DNA of 64,000 bases from the NCBI GenBank assembly GCA_963791795.1, contig CAWBTP010000002.1:19407-83406 (forward strand), written 5' to 3'. Shown in pieces: positions 21,057-31,637 of the stretch. This DNA comes from an uncultured Acidimicrobiia bacterium. GTDB lineage: Bacteria > Acidobacteriota > Terriglobia > Versatilivoradales > Versatilivoraceae. The notes below the pieces were generated by a model. The model was not told where the DNA came from. It ran no database searches and was given only the letters and a program-made list of their open reading frames with translations. The translations under genes and the position numbers were made by a program. Each line of letters begins with the position of its first letter. Position 1 is the stretch's first letter.

Positions 21057-23336
21057 CTAGCGCTGAAAGTATTGTCCCAGCGAATGCCTCCAAATGCTTT
21101 CTAATTCGGCCACTGCTTCGTCGATCAGATTCGAGCCTCCGTCCTGGATCGTGAGCCGGTCGCCACCTGTGGTCCCCAACCGCAGCAACTCGATTCCATG
21201 TCCGGCTGCAATCTTCTGGAGTGCTCCCCAGTCGGCCTCATCAAGCGTTACGAGAATCCGCGACTGATACTCTCCGAACAACACTCCGGCGGGGAAATCT
21301 GCAGCGGTCAAGTTGATACGGGCTCCCTGCCGCGGTGACCGGAAACTTGAAAAGCTCATTTCCGCCAAGGCCACGGCAAGGCCGCCATCGGAGCAATCGT
21401 GAGCGGCGCGAACCAGCCCGTGCTGAATCCCTTCCAGGCAAGCTCGCTGTACGCTCCGTTCTAGTTGCAGGTCGAGGGGCGGGCAGGGGAGGCGATTGGC
21501 CCAAAGCGTGTACGCATCTCTGCGGCTGCTCAACTCCGGTTCTGTCTCGGTGAAAGCTTCTTCGAGAGCTGACCCATACTCATCGCTTGCCGATCTCAAC
21601 GGTCCAAGCAATGCGACAACTCGCCCCGCGTCCGCAAACCAACATCCGGTGGCATGAGTAACCGGTTCGATCAGCCCCACAATTCCGATAACCGGCGTTG
21701 GATAGATGCCTTCACCCAGAGTCTCGTTGTAGAAACTCACGTTGCCGCCGGTCACCGGTGTTTCGAACACCCGGCACGCTTCGGCCATGCCATCAATGAC
21801 TTCACTGAACTGCCACATGATTTCAGGCTTTTGCGGATTGCCAAAGTTCAGGCAGTTCGTTGCAGCCAAGGGCATCGCGCCCACGCAAACCAGGTTACGG
21901 CAGCATTCGGCCGCGGCGATCTGGGCGCCTCTCTTTGGATCTCGTCGGCAGTAGCGACCATTGCCGTCCAGGCTCATCGCCAAAGCCTTCTCGGTCCCCT
22001 TGATGCGGATGACCGCCGCGTCTCCACCGGGAAGCTGCACAGTGTTGGTCCGGACCATATGGTCGTATTGCTGGTAGACCCATTCTTTCGAAGCCAGGTT
22101 CGGAGAAGAAAGAAATTTTCGGAGCACAGCGCCGCAAGCCAATTTCGTTGGAGCGGACTTAATAGGCCTTCGACCGTTGGAGCTCACCAGCGGCGCTCGA
22201 ATCTGTCGCTGGTAAATCGGTGCCTCGTCCGTTAACGCAGCATTCGGGATCTCGGCAACCACGACGCCATGATCCTTGACCCTGAGCAAGCCATCAGCAG
22301 TGACCCGGCCGACGGTGACTGCATCAATCTCCCACTTGCGAAAGACCTGGAACACTTCTTCTTCGCGGCCGTTTTCCGCAACCAGCAGCATGCGCTCCTG
22401 AGACTCACTCAGCATGATCTCGTAAGGCGTCATGCCGGATTCGCGCTGCGGGACGTATTGCAAATCAATCTCGATGCCCGTGCCTGCCCGCCCACCCATT
22501 TCGCATGTGGAACAGGTGAGACCGGCGGCTCCCATATCCTGAATTCCGACGATTGCGCCGGTTTTCATGGCTTCGAGACACGCCTCAAGCAAGAGCTTCT
22601 CAAGAAATGGATCACCCACTTGCACGTTGGGCCGCTTGCTCTCAGACTCCTCGTCGAATTCTGCGGAGGCCATCGTGGCGCCATGAATACCGTCGCGTCC
22701 TGTCTTGGAGCCCACATAAATCACAGGATTGCCGACCCCCGTCGCCTTGCCGTAGAAGATTTGGTCCTTTCTGAAGATTCCCAGTGCAAAGGCATTCACA
22801 AGGGGGTTGCCAGAATAGGACTCTTCAAAAACCACTTCACCGCCAAGAGTGGGCACTCCGAAACAATTCCCGTAACCGGCGATCCCGGCCACAACCCCTT
22901 CCATGATGGTGCGGTTCTTGACCTGGTCCAGAGGGCCAAATCGCAGCGAGTTCATGGCTGCAATCGGCCGCGCTCCCATCGTGAAGATGTCACGCAAAAT
23001 GCCGCCGACACCAGTGGCTGCTCCCTGATAGGGTTCGATGAAGCTGGGATGATTGTGCGACTCGATCTTGAAAGCGATCGCATAGTCACCGCCTATATCG
23101 ATGATTCCGGCATTCTCGCCGGGTCCCTGCAGAACGCGGGCTCCAGTCGTCGGCAAGCGCTTCAAGTGCACCTTCGAGCTCTTGTAGCTGCAATGCTCAC
23201 TCCACATGACGCTGAAGATGCCCAGTTCGGTAAGATTGGGTTGCCGGCCCAAGATGTGGGCAATGCGCTGGAACTCTTCAGCTGTGACATTGTGGCGGGC
23301 GAGGACTTCAGGCGTTACTTCGAGTTCGGCGATCAT
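21057..23336 (-). CDS. purL: FGAM synthase subunit PurL (small form)
   Basis: [37 protein letters not shown]; start placed at MIAELEV because the upstream in-frame extension is a translated REP. Confidence 0.95.
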   Translation of the reverse strand: MIAELEVTPEVLARHNVTAEEFQRIAHILGRQPNLTELGIFSVMWSEHCSYKSSKVHLKRLPTTGARVLQGPGENAGIIDIGGDYAIAFKIESHNHPSFIEPYQGAATGVGGILRDIFTMGARPIAAMNSLRFGPLDQVKNRTIMEGVVAGIAGYGNCFGVPTLGGEVVFEESYSGNPLVNAFALGIFRKDQIFYGKATGVGNPVIYVGSKTGRDGIHGATMASAEFDEESESKRPNVQVGDPFLEKLLLEACLEAMKTGAIVGIQDMGAAGLTCSTCEMGGRAGTGIEIDLQYVPQRESGMTPYEIMLSESQERMLLVAENGREEEVFQVFRKWEIDAVTVGRVTADGLLRVKDHGVVVAEIPNAALTDEAPIYQRQIRAPLVSSNGRRPIKSAPTKLACGAVLRKFLSSPNLASKEWVYQQYDHMVRTNTVQLPGGDAAVIRIKGTEKALAMSLDGNGRYCRRDPKRGAQIAAAECCRNLVCVGAMPLAATNCLNFGNPQKPEIMWQFSEVIDGMAEACRVFETPVTGGNVSFYNETLGEGIYPTPVIGIVGLIEPVTHATGCWFADAGRVVALLGPLRSASDEYGSALEEAFTETEPELSSRRDAYTLWANRLPCPPLDLQLERSVQRACLEGIQHGLVRAAHDCSDGGLAVALAEMSFSSFRSPRQGARINLTAADFPAGVLFGEYQSRILVTLDEADWGALQKIAAGHGIELLRLGTTGGDRLTIQDGGSNLIDEAVAELESIWRHSLGQYFQR

Positions 23337-23399
23337 GATTTGCGGGTCATCTGCAATACCGTGTGGGCAACTATAGTCAGTGTCGTTAATCTCATCGCA

Positions 23400-23455
23400 C
23401 CCCTCATCCGACCTTCGGCCACCCTCTCCCACGGGGAGAGGGCTGGGGCGAGGGG
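23400..23455. repeat. REP-like composite palindrome; empty version of the element at 46162
   Basis: cccctcatccgaccttcggccaccctctcccacggggagagggctggggcgagggg. Confidence 0.75.
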
Positions 23456-23505
23456 TAGCCGCAATACAGAGCGACACTCATGCGAATTTACTTATGTCGC
23501 CCTTT

Positions 23506-24213
23506 TTAGCTGTGCGCAGCCAGAAGTTCGAGCGAATGGACCATCGACTGGAAGACAACCAACCCATCGTCACACCCCAGCACGGCTTCGCTAGCTCGCT
23601 CTGGATGCGGCATCATTCCCAGTACGTTTCTCTGTTCGTTGCAGATGCCTGCAATGTTCGCAAGCGACCCGTTTGGGTTGGCCGCATCAGTGATCTCACC
23701 GTCGGCCGTGCAGTAACGAAAAACTATCTGCTGGTTTTGTTCCAACCGCTTCAGAGTCGCATCATCCGCAAAATAGTTTCCTTCCATGTGACCGATCGGG
23801 ATTTGCAAGACGCTTCCTCGCTCAACCAAGCCCGAAAACGGAGTTTCGATCGACTCCACGCGCACATGGACGTGGCGGCAAACATACTTTAGGCCTTTGT
23901 TCCTCAGCATCGCCCCCGGCAACAGACCCGATTCCAGCAAGATCTGAAACCCGTTACAGATTCCGATGACCAATCCTCCGCCAGCCGCGAATTTTCTAAC
24001 AGACTCCATCACCGGAGAAAATCGGGCAATAGCTCCAGTGCGTAAGTAATCGCCGTAAGAAAAACCGCCTGGAACAATGATCGCGTCGCACCCCTTCAGG
24101 TCCCTGGATTGATGCCAGACGAATTCCACCGGCAGATGGAGCACCTTGCTTACCATGTGATAGGCGTCATGTTCGCAGTTACTACCCGGGAAAACTAGCA
24201 CTCCAAATTTCAT
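23506..24213 (-). CDS. purQ: FGAM synthase glutaminase subunit
   Basis: [30 protein letters not shown]. Confidence 0.97.
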   Translation of the reverse strand: MKFGVLVFPGSNCEHDAYHMVSKVLHLPVEFVWHQSRDLKGCDAIIVPGGFSYGDYLRTGAIARFSPVMESVRKFAAGGGLVIGICNGFQILLESGLLPGAMLRNKGLKYVCRHVHVRVESIETPFSGLVERGSVLQIPIGHMEGNYFADDATLKRLEQNQQIVFRYCTADGEITDAANPNGSLANIAGICNEQRNVLGMMPHPERASEAVLGCDDGLVVFQSMVHSLELLAAHS

Positions 24214-24270
24214 GACGACTTCCTCCGGATCCGCAGTTCTCAGCCGAGCCTCAACGGCGCCCGCGACACC

Positions 24271-24534
24271 CTATGCCCGAACCTCGCCCACCTCGAGCTC
24301 GTAACGGAATTCCTCAATGACCGGATTGGTCAACACGGTCTTCGCCATTTTCTCGATTTCCAAACGAGCTTGCTCGGAAGAGAGCTTGGGGTCGAGCGTA
24401 ATCTCGAAAAACTTCCCTTGGCGCACATCCTCCACGTTGCCATATCCCAAGTTCTGTAGGCTGTGGTGGATAGTCTTGCCTTGAGGGTCGAGCACGCTTC
24501 TCTTCAAGCTAACAAACACTCTCGCTTTCATCAA
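24271..24534 (-). CDS. purS: FGAM synthase subunit PurS
   Basis: VLDPQG, VRQGK, LTNPVIE. Confidence 0.95.
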   Translation of the reverse strand: MMKARVFVSLKRSVLDPQGKTIHHSLQNLGYGNVEDVRQGKFFEITLDPKLSSEQARLEIEKMAKTVLTNPVIEEFRYELEVGEVRA

Positions 24535-24555
24535 AGGGTACAGATCCTTTCCGTG

Positions 24556-25851
24556 TCACGATTCGTAGACTCGCCGGTAAATATACTCTACATGACGAAG
24601 TTGATGCTTCAAATCAAAAGTCCTTTCGATATCGGCTTGGGACAGGTGTTTGACAATGTCCTCATCGGCGAGCACAAGCGACTTGAACTCTCCTTCGTTG
24701 GCCCAGACCCGCATGGCATTTCGTTGAACCCACCGATAGGCTTCTTCGCGGGTGGCACCTTTCTTCGTCAAATCGAGCAGGAGCTGACCGGAGAAAACCA
24801 ATCCCTTCATTAAGTTCAAATTCTCTAGCATCCGCTCCGGATAGACAAACATCTTCTGGATCAACTGGGTGGTCTTGGCGAGGAGATAGTCTACCAAGAT
24901 CGCTGAATCGGGTAAGATCACGCGCTCCACCGACGAATGCGAGATATCACGCTCATGCCACAACGCAATGTTTTCCAGGGCGGCCTGTAGATTCGAACGT
25001 ACAAGGCGCGCCAATCCGCAAATCTGTTCGCTCGTCACCGGATTGCGCTTGTGTGGCATCGCGGATGACCCCTTCTGCCCAGGTGCGAAGTACTCCTCCA
25101 CTTCGCGCACCTCTGTCCTCTGCAAGCCACGCACTTCCAAGGCAATCTTCTCCAAGCTCGCTGCCACAATTGCGAGCACAGCCATCAGCTCCGCATGCCG
25201 GTCGCGCTGAATGATCTGTGTGGAGACAGGGTCGAATTGAAGCCCTAGCTTACCGCAGACAGCTTCTTCAACCTGAGGATCAAGGTGAGCGAAAGTTCCC
25301 ACTGCTCCAGAGATCTTGCCCACTGAGACATTGTCAACCGCTTGCTTTAGCCTGCGCAGATTGCGCCGTGCCTCTTCATACCAAACCGTGAACTTTAGCC
25401 CCAAAGTTGTGGGTTCTGCGTGAATGCCATGCGTCCGCCCAATCATCACCGTCGACTTGTGCTCATAGGCCCGCTTCTTGAGAACAGACAGCAGACCATT
25501 CAGCCCTTCGATCAGAAGGCCTGCAGCGGCCTTGAGCTGAAGCGCAAGAGCGGTGTCCACAACATCCGACGAAGTAAGCCCGTAGTGCACATAGCGGGAA
25601 TCGGGTCCGACGAACTCGGCCACCGATGTTGTGAAGGCGATGACGTCGTGTTTGACCTCTTTCTCTATCTCCTGGATGCGGGCGACGTCGAAGTTCGCTT
25701 TGGACTTGATCGTTGCGACCGCATCGAGAGGAATCACGCCGGTCTCGGCCAGAACTTCACAAGCTGCAATCTCCACTGCCAGCCACTGGCGATATCGGTT
25801 TTCTTCGGTCCAAATGGCACCCATCTGCGGACGGGTGTAACGGGAGATCAA
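24556..25851 (-). CDS. purB: Adenylosuccinate lyase
   Basis: MISRY, HDVIAF, GRTHGIHAEP, GSSAMPHKRNP. Confidence 0.97.
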   Translation of the reverse strand: MISRYTRPQMGAIWTEENRYRQWLAVEIAACEVLAETGVIPLDAVATIKSKANFDVARIQEIEKEVKHDVIAFTTSVAEFVGPDSRYVHYGLTSSDVVDTALALQLKAAAGLLIEGLNGLLSVLKKRAYEHKSTVMIGRTHGIHAEPTTLGLKFTVWYEEARRNLRRLKQAVDNVSVGKISGAVGTFAHLDPQVEEAVCGKLGLQFDPVSTQIIQRDRHAELMAVLAIVAASLEKIALEVRGLQRTEVREVEEYFAPGQKGSSAMPHKRNPVTSEQICGLARLVRSNLQAALENIALWHERDISHSSVERVILPDSAILVDYLLAKTTQLIQKMFVYPERMLENLNLMKGLVFSGQLLLDLTKKGATREEAYRWVQRNAMRVWANEGEFKSLVLADEDIVKHLSQADIERTFDLKHQLRHVEYIYRRVYES

Positions 25852-25927
25852 GCAGTTACCCTTTCAAGACATCGAACATGAAAGGAAGATAGAGGCTTCT
25901 CTTCCTCAACACTCAATCCGAAATCCT

Positions 25928-26704
25928 CTAAACCTCGATCACCGGGCTTGGAGTGGTCTTGCTTCCAAGATACAGGTGCTGCAAATCGAATCCGCGCGGT
26001 TGCAGCGCTTCCGCCGCAACCATGCGAGCGATATCCGGATGATTGTTACTCTCGCTCAAATGGGCAAGCACGATGTAGCGTGCCTGGCCGTCGAAGCAGT
26101 CGCTAAAGAATCGGCTGGCCCCCTCGTTAGAGAGATGCCCTTCGCGGCCCATGATGCGCTGTTTCAAGAACCACGGATAAGGTCCAACCTTGAGCATTTC
26201 CAGGTCGTGATTTGACTCCAACACAATCACGTCGCATCCCGCCAATTTATGAATCACCAGTTCTGTCATGTACCCCAGGTCGGTAACATGCGCGATCTTG
26301 ATACCTTCCGACTCAAGAGTGAACCCCAGCGGATCTACGGCGTCGTGGGGAATCGAGAAAGGAGAAATCTTAAGGTCCTTTAACTGGAAAGGTTCGCCGG
26401 CAGAAATGAATTCCAGTGAACCGCACTCAATGTTTGGACTGATGGCAGCGAAAGTTTTGTCGCCAATGTACACCGGGATGGAGCGTTTGCCCAACAACCC
26501 CGGAATACCGCAAATGTGGTCGGTGTGTTCGTGGGAGACGATCACCGCATCGATCTCATCCAGCGACTCACCAATGGCATTCAGGCGTTTAAGAGTTTGG
26601 GTTGGATTCAAGCCTGCATCCAGCAAGACTCTTACTTGGGAGGTTGCGACGAAGGTACAGTTCCCCGAGCTGCTGCTGCCTAAGACTGAAATCTTCACAG
26701 ACAC
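25928..26704 (-). CDS. Metallo-beta-lactamase-fold hydrolase (YycJ/WalJ-like)
   Basis: LGSSSSGN, SHEHTDH, HDAVDP, TDLG, ESNHD, GHLSN, HLSESNN. Confidence 0.88.
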   Translation of the reverse strand: MSVKISVLGSSSSGNCTFVATSQVRVLLDAGLNPTQTLKRLNAIGESLDEIDAVIVSHEHTDHICGIPGLLGKRSIPVYIGDKTFAAISPNIECGSLEFISAGEPFQLKDLKISPFSIPHDAVDPLGFTLESEGIKIAHVTDLGYMTELVIHKLAGCDVIVLESNHDLEMLKVGPYPWFLKQRIMGREGHLSNEGASRFFSDCFDGQARYIVLAHLSESNNHPDIARMVAAEALQPRGFDLQHLYLGSKTTPSPVIEV

Positions 26705-26779
26705 GGTTGACCGACCTGTCTGATACTCTGGCTTGTTTTTTTCAACGAGGGCTCGGTTCTCCTCATGCTGGCTGGTGAT

Positions 26780-26808
26780 TATTTAGAGCAGTCGTTCCTT
26801 TGTGTCAA
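26780..26808 (-). promoter_or_regulatory. Putative sigma70 promoter upstream of the MBL-pur run
   Basis: Minus strand TTGACA-17 nt-TAAATA (imperfect -10). Confidence 0.4.
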
Positions 26809-26893
26809 TCGGTTATTTCCCGTCTCATTCTTCCATCGCTCTGGACTGAACAGAAGCATGCGTCCACGACAATAGGGACACGAATAGCGGTGC

Positions 26894-28162
26894 TTAGTTG
26901 CAATCCAACCGCTCACGGGAAATCTTAAGCCCCTCCAAATTTCCAAGCACCGTCAGGGCAATCTGGCGCGTATCGAAAGAGGTGTTCGCCATCTGCTGGA
27001 TGGATTCGGTGGTCACCGTTTCGATACTGCTGATGAGCTCATCCAAAGAGATGTGCTTCCCAAAATACATCTCCTGCCGAGCCAGATTGGACATGCGACT
27101 CGAAGTCGATTCCAAGCCCAGCATGAGACTGCCTTTCAGGTAGTCCTTCGCCCGGCGAAGCTCCTCGGCGTCCACGGGATCCCTCTTCAGATTCCGCAAC
27201 TCCTGAACAATCATGTCGACCACGCGTTCTGCCGTCTCCAGCGACGTGCCGGCATAAATCGAAAGGCAGCCTGTGTCGCGGTACGAGTTCAAGCCGGAAA
27301 AGATTGTGTAAACCAACCCCTCTTTCTCACGAATGTTCTGAAACAACCTTGAGCTCATTCCGCCGCCGAGAATGGTGTTCAAGATGTAGCAGACATACCG
27401 ATTCTCGTGCGAAAGCGAATAGGATGGAACACCCAGGCAGATATGCACCTGCTCCAATTCTTTCTTGTTGCGCATGCTGATGCGACTATGGGTGTGAGCC
27501 GGAACGTCCACATGGCCGTTACGTGAAGTCTTTACGTCGCCGAACTTGCTTCTAATCAGTTCAGCAACCTGTTCGTGTTCCAGGTGTCCCGCGGCAGAAA
27601 TGATCAGGTCGTCGGGCGTGTAGAACTGCTTGAAGAATTCCAGGACTCTGTCGCGATCCAATTTCCCGACCGTCTGCTTGGTCCCCAAAATCGGGCGACC
27701 CAAAGGCTGGTCTTTCCAGAAGTTCTGCATGAAGATTTCGTGGACGAGATCGTCTGGCGTGTCCTCCACCATCTTGATTTCTTCCAGAATGACACTTCGC
27801 TCTTTTTCCATGTCATCTGAATCGAATTTCGGGTTCAGGACGAGGTCAGAAAGAATGTCGAAGGCAATCGGAAGATGCTCATCGAGCACCTTGGTGCTGT
27901 AGCAGATGGTCTCCTTGGCCGTAAAGGCGTCCAAATGGCCCCCAATTGAGTCAACCTGGCGCGCGATCTCTTCGGCAGTCCGGTGTGAAGTTCCTTTGAA
28001 AAGCAAATGCTCAATGAAGTGGGCCACGCCGTTGAGTTCCGAAGTTTCGCTCCGGGAGCCAATCTTCAGCCAGATCCCCATGGAAATTGACCGGACATGT
28101 GGCATCTGCTCCGTGAGGATAGTTAACCCGTTGTCCAGAACTTCTTTCTTGATGGTATTCAT
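26894..28162 (-). CDS. M16 (pitrilysin-family) zinc peptidase
   Basis: HFIEH inverted zincin motif, LGGGMSSRLFQ.IRE..GLVY. Confidence 0.92.
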   Translation of the reverse strand: MNTIKKEVLDNGLTILTEQMPHVRSISMGIWLKIGSRSETSELNGVAHFIEHLLFKGTSHRTAEEIARQVDSIGGHLDAFTAKETICYSTKVLDEHLPIAFDILSDLVLNPKFDSDDMEKERSVILEEIKMVEDTPDDLVHEIFMQNFWKDQPLGRPILGTKQTVGKLDRDRVLEFFKQFYTPDDLIISAAGHLEHEQVAELIRSKFGDVKTSRNGHVDVPAHTHSRISMRNKKELEQVHICLGVPSYSLSHENRYVCYILNTILGGGMSSRLFQNIREKEGLVYTIFSGLNSYRDTGCLSIYAGTSLETAERVVDMIVQELRNLKRDPVDAEELRRAKDYLKGSLMLGLESTSSRMSNLARQEMYFGKHISLDELISSIETVTTESIQQMANTSFDTRQIALTVLGNLEGLKISRERLDCN

Positions 28163-28425
28163 GAACCGGATTTCCTGCTTCGGGTTTTGGTTGGAATTTT
28201 GAGTCGTGTGAGGAGGAAAGTAGCCAATGAGCCGTAGTGAGTTAGCTCAAAGCATCGATGAATCGACCCAAGCCAAAGTAACACATCGGCAGGGTGATTT
28301 CAACCGGAAACTCGGGAATAAAGGGGCGTTCGAAATGCAGATAAAGACTTTGATTACAGCAGCTTATAGCCGAAAAGGGAACCAGATCACTCCCTCAGGA
28401 TGTTTCTTCGCAGCCGAGATGTCGT

Positions 28426-29706
28426 TCATGCCTCAACCCGGTCACTTGGATTGACTCCGACCCAACAGGCTGCGCCCGCCAGGTAGAGCAGGCCTGTGAG
28501 AATCAACGGTGCGTTCCAAGTCTTAAAGTGATTAAAGACCAAGGTAACAATGATTGGGCTAAGTGTGCCCCCGATTTGACCGGCTGTGTTCATGCACCCA
28601 GTCACCACCCCAGCGTGTTTGCCAGCGATATCCACACAGACGCCCCAGCTGGCACCCAAGAGGAAGGCAGAACTGGCGCCAGCGACCCCAATCAGCAGAG
28701 CAGAAAGTAGCGGGTTTTGACTGGCGGCGCTCCCGAGAATAGCAAGACCCGAGACTGCGAGTGATCCGCCTCCCACACCGCACCTACCCCAGCGGAGCCC
28801 GTACCGACGGCTTACGGCGTCCGTCGTGAGTCCGCCCAGCAGATCGGCCGCGACGCTGAGAATCAGCGGAAGGCCGGTTAGTATGCTGAGGGTGGTTGAG
28901 GAGAATCCCTGACTTCTTAGATAGGTTGGGAACCAGGTGATGTAAAAGTAAAAGCCATAGGATTGTGTGAAATACATTCCACAAAGCGCAAGAATGCTGC
29001 GGCTGCGTAAAATGATCTTCCAGGGGACGCGACCGTGTTCTCCGCTGTCGGGCAACCGACCACTTTGGATGTGTTCAAGTTCAGCTTGGCTGACGGCAGA
29101 GTGCTGGGCAGGATCGTCGCGAAACCAACGATACCAGGCTCCTGCCCACACGAATCCGACAGCCCCGAAAATGAGGAACACCATACGCCAGTTGAAATGC
29201 GCCAATAGAGCTGTCACCAGCAGCGGAGTCAGGCCACCGGCCAGGTGAGCACCCATGAAGAAGATTCCCTGGGCAGTGCCGCGCTCGCTCGAAGGAAACC
29301 AGCGGGAGAAGGTCTTGGCCGCGTTTGGCCATGCCCCGGCCTCTCCAACACCGAACAAAAAGCGCACCACGAGCAGAGAGCTATAGTTAAACGCAGCGGC
29401 CGTGGCCATGGTGAAGAACGACCACCAGCTGACAATGCGAGTCAGCACCCGCCTGGTTCCCACCCGATCTCCCCACCATCCCGTCGGGATCTCGAACACA
29501 CCATAGGCAATCGTGAAGGCACTGAATACAAAGCTCATCTGCAGCGGCGAGAGCGACAGCTCACGCATGATATCCGGAGCGGTAATCGATATGCAGACGC
29601 GGTCAAGATAGGTAATCGCAGCGAGGCAAACACCGAATCCAAGGACTTTGTAGCGCACGCGGGAGACAGCGACGTTGGGAACGGTCTGCGGGGCAGGGGA
29701 ATGCAT
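28426..29706 (-). CDS. MFS transporter (ACS / sugar-acid family)
   Basis: ITYLDRVCIS, GWWGDRVGTRR motif A, RFLFGVGEAG, about 12 TM. Confidence 0.9.
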   Translation of the reverse strand: MHSPAPQTVPNVAVSRVRYKVLGFGVCLAAITYLDRVCISITAPDIMRELSLSPLQMSFVFSAFTIAYGVFEIPTGWWGDRVGTRRVLTRIVSWWSFFTMATAAAFNYSSLLVVRFLFGVGEAGAWPNAAKTFSRWFPSSERGTAQGIFFMGAHLAGGLTPLLVTALLAHFNWRMVFLIFGAVGFVWAGAWYRWFRDDPAQHSAVSQAELEHIQSGRLPDSGEHGRVPWKIILRSRSILALCGMYFTQSYGFYFYITWFPTYLRSQGFSSTTLSILTGLPLILSVAADLLGGLTTDAVSRRYGLRWGRCGVGGGSLAVSGLAILGSAASQNPLLSALLIGVAGASSAFLLGASWGVCVDIAGKHAGVVTGCMNTAGQIGGTLSPIIVTLVFNHFKTWNAPLILTGLLYLAGAACWVGVNPSDRVEA

Positions 29707-29817
29707 AAGCGCTCCAATGAAACAAGGCGTTGGCTTCTCTAAATCACAAAGAGTTTCTTTGCCGCGAAGTGGGTCCAGTGCCCTCGCTCCGCCAAAGGAG
29801 CGGAACACTTTTTGCAC

Positions 29818-30669
29818 CTATCGCGCTGGTGGCAGTGTGCGTTGAAGCCAGTGAACCGTCTCGCTAACGGCTTCCAGTAGCGGCTCAGAAGCCTTCTGGA
29901 ACGGATGCCGCGTTCTGAACGTGTGGCCCGCCGATTCGATGATGTGCAGCCTGGATGAGTGCGGATTGGCACCTCGGGAAAGTGCCTGCGCTTCCGCTAG
30001 CTTCACTGGTTTGTCATCCCGGCCATGTATGAACAACACGGGAATGTTCACGGTGCGGATGGCTCGCTGCACGTCCAAACGATGGTGGTTCCGTTCCAGA
30101 GCATCCAACGCCTCAAGTCCCAGCGAGAGCTTCTTGCCTGAAGAGTCTTGGAGGATCTCCAACGCGCCACTCGCTCGCCACTGGCGCTGGGTTTCTGCAT
30201 CATAGCGATGAAACGTCTGAATCGCTCCCCAGGCAACCACCGACTGGATCTGCGGGACGCGCTCGGCCATCAGGATTCCGAAACTTCCGCCCCGGCTGTG
30301 CCCAACAACCCCAAAACCGTCCAGACGCGTGGTTGCCGCATCCGGTAGCCGACCCAACAAGACTGAATCCAAGACCAAGTCCCAATCTGTCAACTCCTGG
30401 GAGGTCGAGTTCCTGGAAAACGCCAGTGAATCCGTAATCTCAAGGGGATTCTCCCGCACACCACAGAAAGCATGGCTGAAAGAGAGTGTTGCAAACCCTG
30501 CAAGGCAAAGTTGCTCAGCTAGAAATGGGAAGAACCCCCAGTCCTTGAATCCAAGAAATCCTGGCGCAATGATTACCAACCGACCCGACGATTGTCGGTG
30601 CGGGCGCCGTAGGGTGCACGGCACAGTAAGTCCATCGAAATGTCTGAGACTGAAGTTCTCTACGATCAA
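29818..30669 (-). CDS. Alpha/beta hydrolase
   Basis: GFKDWGFFP, GHSRGG, IHGRDD, AGHTF triad. Confidence 0.85.
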   Translation of the reverse strand: MIVENFSLRHFDGLTVPCTLRRPHRQSSGRLVIIAPGFLGFKDWGFFPFLAEQLCLAGFATLSFSHAFCGVRENPLEITDSLAFSRNSTSQELTDWDLVLDSVLLGRLPDAATTRLDGFGVVGHSRGGSFGILMAERVPQIQSVVAWGAIQTFHRYDAETQRQWRASGALEILQDSSGKKLSLGLEALDALERNHHRLDVQRAIRTVNIPVLFIHGRDDKPVKLAEAQALSRGANPHSSRLHIIESAGHTFRTRHPFQKASEPLLEAVSETVHWLQRTLPPAR

Positions 30670-30888
30670 GGGTCACTGGATGATCGAGTGGATATCGGCG
30701 CTAGCCGGCGAGAACAATAGCGGCTTCGCCGAGCCATTGGCAACGGTAAAACACGCAGGACGGGAACTGAACATTCATCTTTGTGAGAGGAGCTATGGAC
30801 ACTGTGCTAAATTCGAGCGGTTCGCTACCGGGCAGTTTGCGAGAGAGTTTCATGCCGCCTGCCAGTGCCACGTTCGATGAAACAGCGT

Positions 30889-31008
30889 CCCCCTAAGGGG
30901 GGACTTCAGGGGGGTTTTGGAACGGGAACAAACCCACCCCGGCACTCCGCGACCGCGTGGAGTCTTCTCAAGACCCCACCTTCGCGCCATCCCTCCGGCG
31001 GAGGGGAT
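30889..31008. repeat. REP cluster containing a nested type-B insert (30945-30982)
   Basis: cccctaagggggg...gggggg, then acccaccccggcact[insert]tcgcgccatccctccggcggagggga. Confidence 0.7.
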
Positions 31009-31032
31009 TTCAAAAGTGTTGAGGACTCCGAA

Positions 31033-31617
31033 ATGACGCATTGGGTGCTGGCGTCGTCATCTCCACGACGACAGGAGCTGTTGAAGCTGTTGCTGGCCGA
31101 TTTCGAGGTGGTTCCGAGCAATGTGGACGAGTCGGTTCTGGCTGGCGAATCACCAGAGACACTGGTTGCGCGTCTGGCCCGCGAGAAGGCTCTCGCGGTT
31201 CAGGTGCGCTATCCCGCAGCTCGAATTGTCGGTGCAGACACTGTGGTGGTTCGCGATAGAGAGATTCTGGGGAAACCAGCTTCACATGATGATGGCCGGA
31301 GCATGCTCAGGAAATTGAGCGGGAAAACACATCAGGTTTTGACAGGGATGTGTCTTCTCCACATGGACACTACATTTGTAGAATGCTCGACTACTGACGT
31401 GACTTTTTTCCACTTGACCGATCTGGAAATCGAAACCTACCTGCAATCGGGTGAGCCCTTCGACAAGGCAGGTGCCTATGCAATTCAGGGACTCGGGGCG
31501 CGCTTTGTGGAAAGAATTGATGGTTGCTACTTTAATGTTGTTGGATTGCCCGTTCCAAAGCTTTATCAAATGATGAAACGGCTCGACCTCGAAGTTTCAC
31601 GGAAACAAAGGGGTTAA
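31033..31617 (+). CDS. maf: Maf-family nucleoside triphosphate pyrophosphatase
   Basis: LASSSPRR, GADTVV, ILGKP, DKAGAYAIQG, NVVGLP; GAGGA RBS before ATG 31033. Confidence 0.93.
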   Translation: MTHWVLASSSPRRQELLKLLLADFEVVPSNVDESVLAGESPETLVARLAREKALAVQVRYPAARIVGADTVVVRDREILGKPASHDDGRSMLRKLSGKTHQVLTGMCLLHMDTTFVECSTTDVTFFHLTDLEIETYLQSGEPFDKAGAYAIQGLGARFVERIDGCYFNVVGLPVPKLYQMMKRLDLEVSRKQRG

Positions 31618-31637
31618 AGCAGTGGCAACGCTCAGCC

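Noticed and set aside
23337-23477. N-terminal extension of PurL ([18 protein letters not shown]), suggesting a REP translated in-frame
   Set aside because: It is the REP at 23400-23455 read through from a GTG with no RBS; PurL homology starts at MIAELEV (23336).
22269-23594. Long antisense ORFs (441 aa opposite purL; also 9620-10558, 4499-5281, 38280-39158, 62398-63132)
   Set aside because: They are shadows of well-supported genes on the opposite strand in GC-rich DNA, with no recognisable motifs.
30865-31032. Long N-terminal extensions of Maf, and similarly of the thioesterase, SDR, Tat isomerase and integrase ORFs
   Set aside because: They are translations of intergenic repeats; downstream ATGs with an RBS or family homology are better starts.
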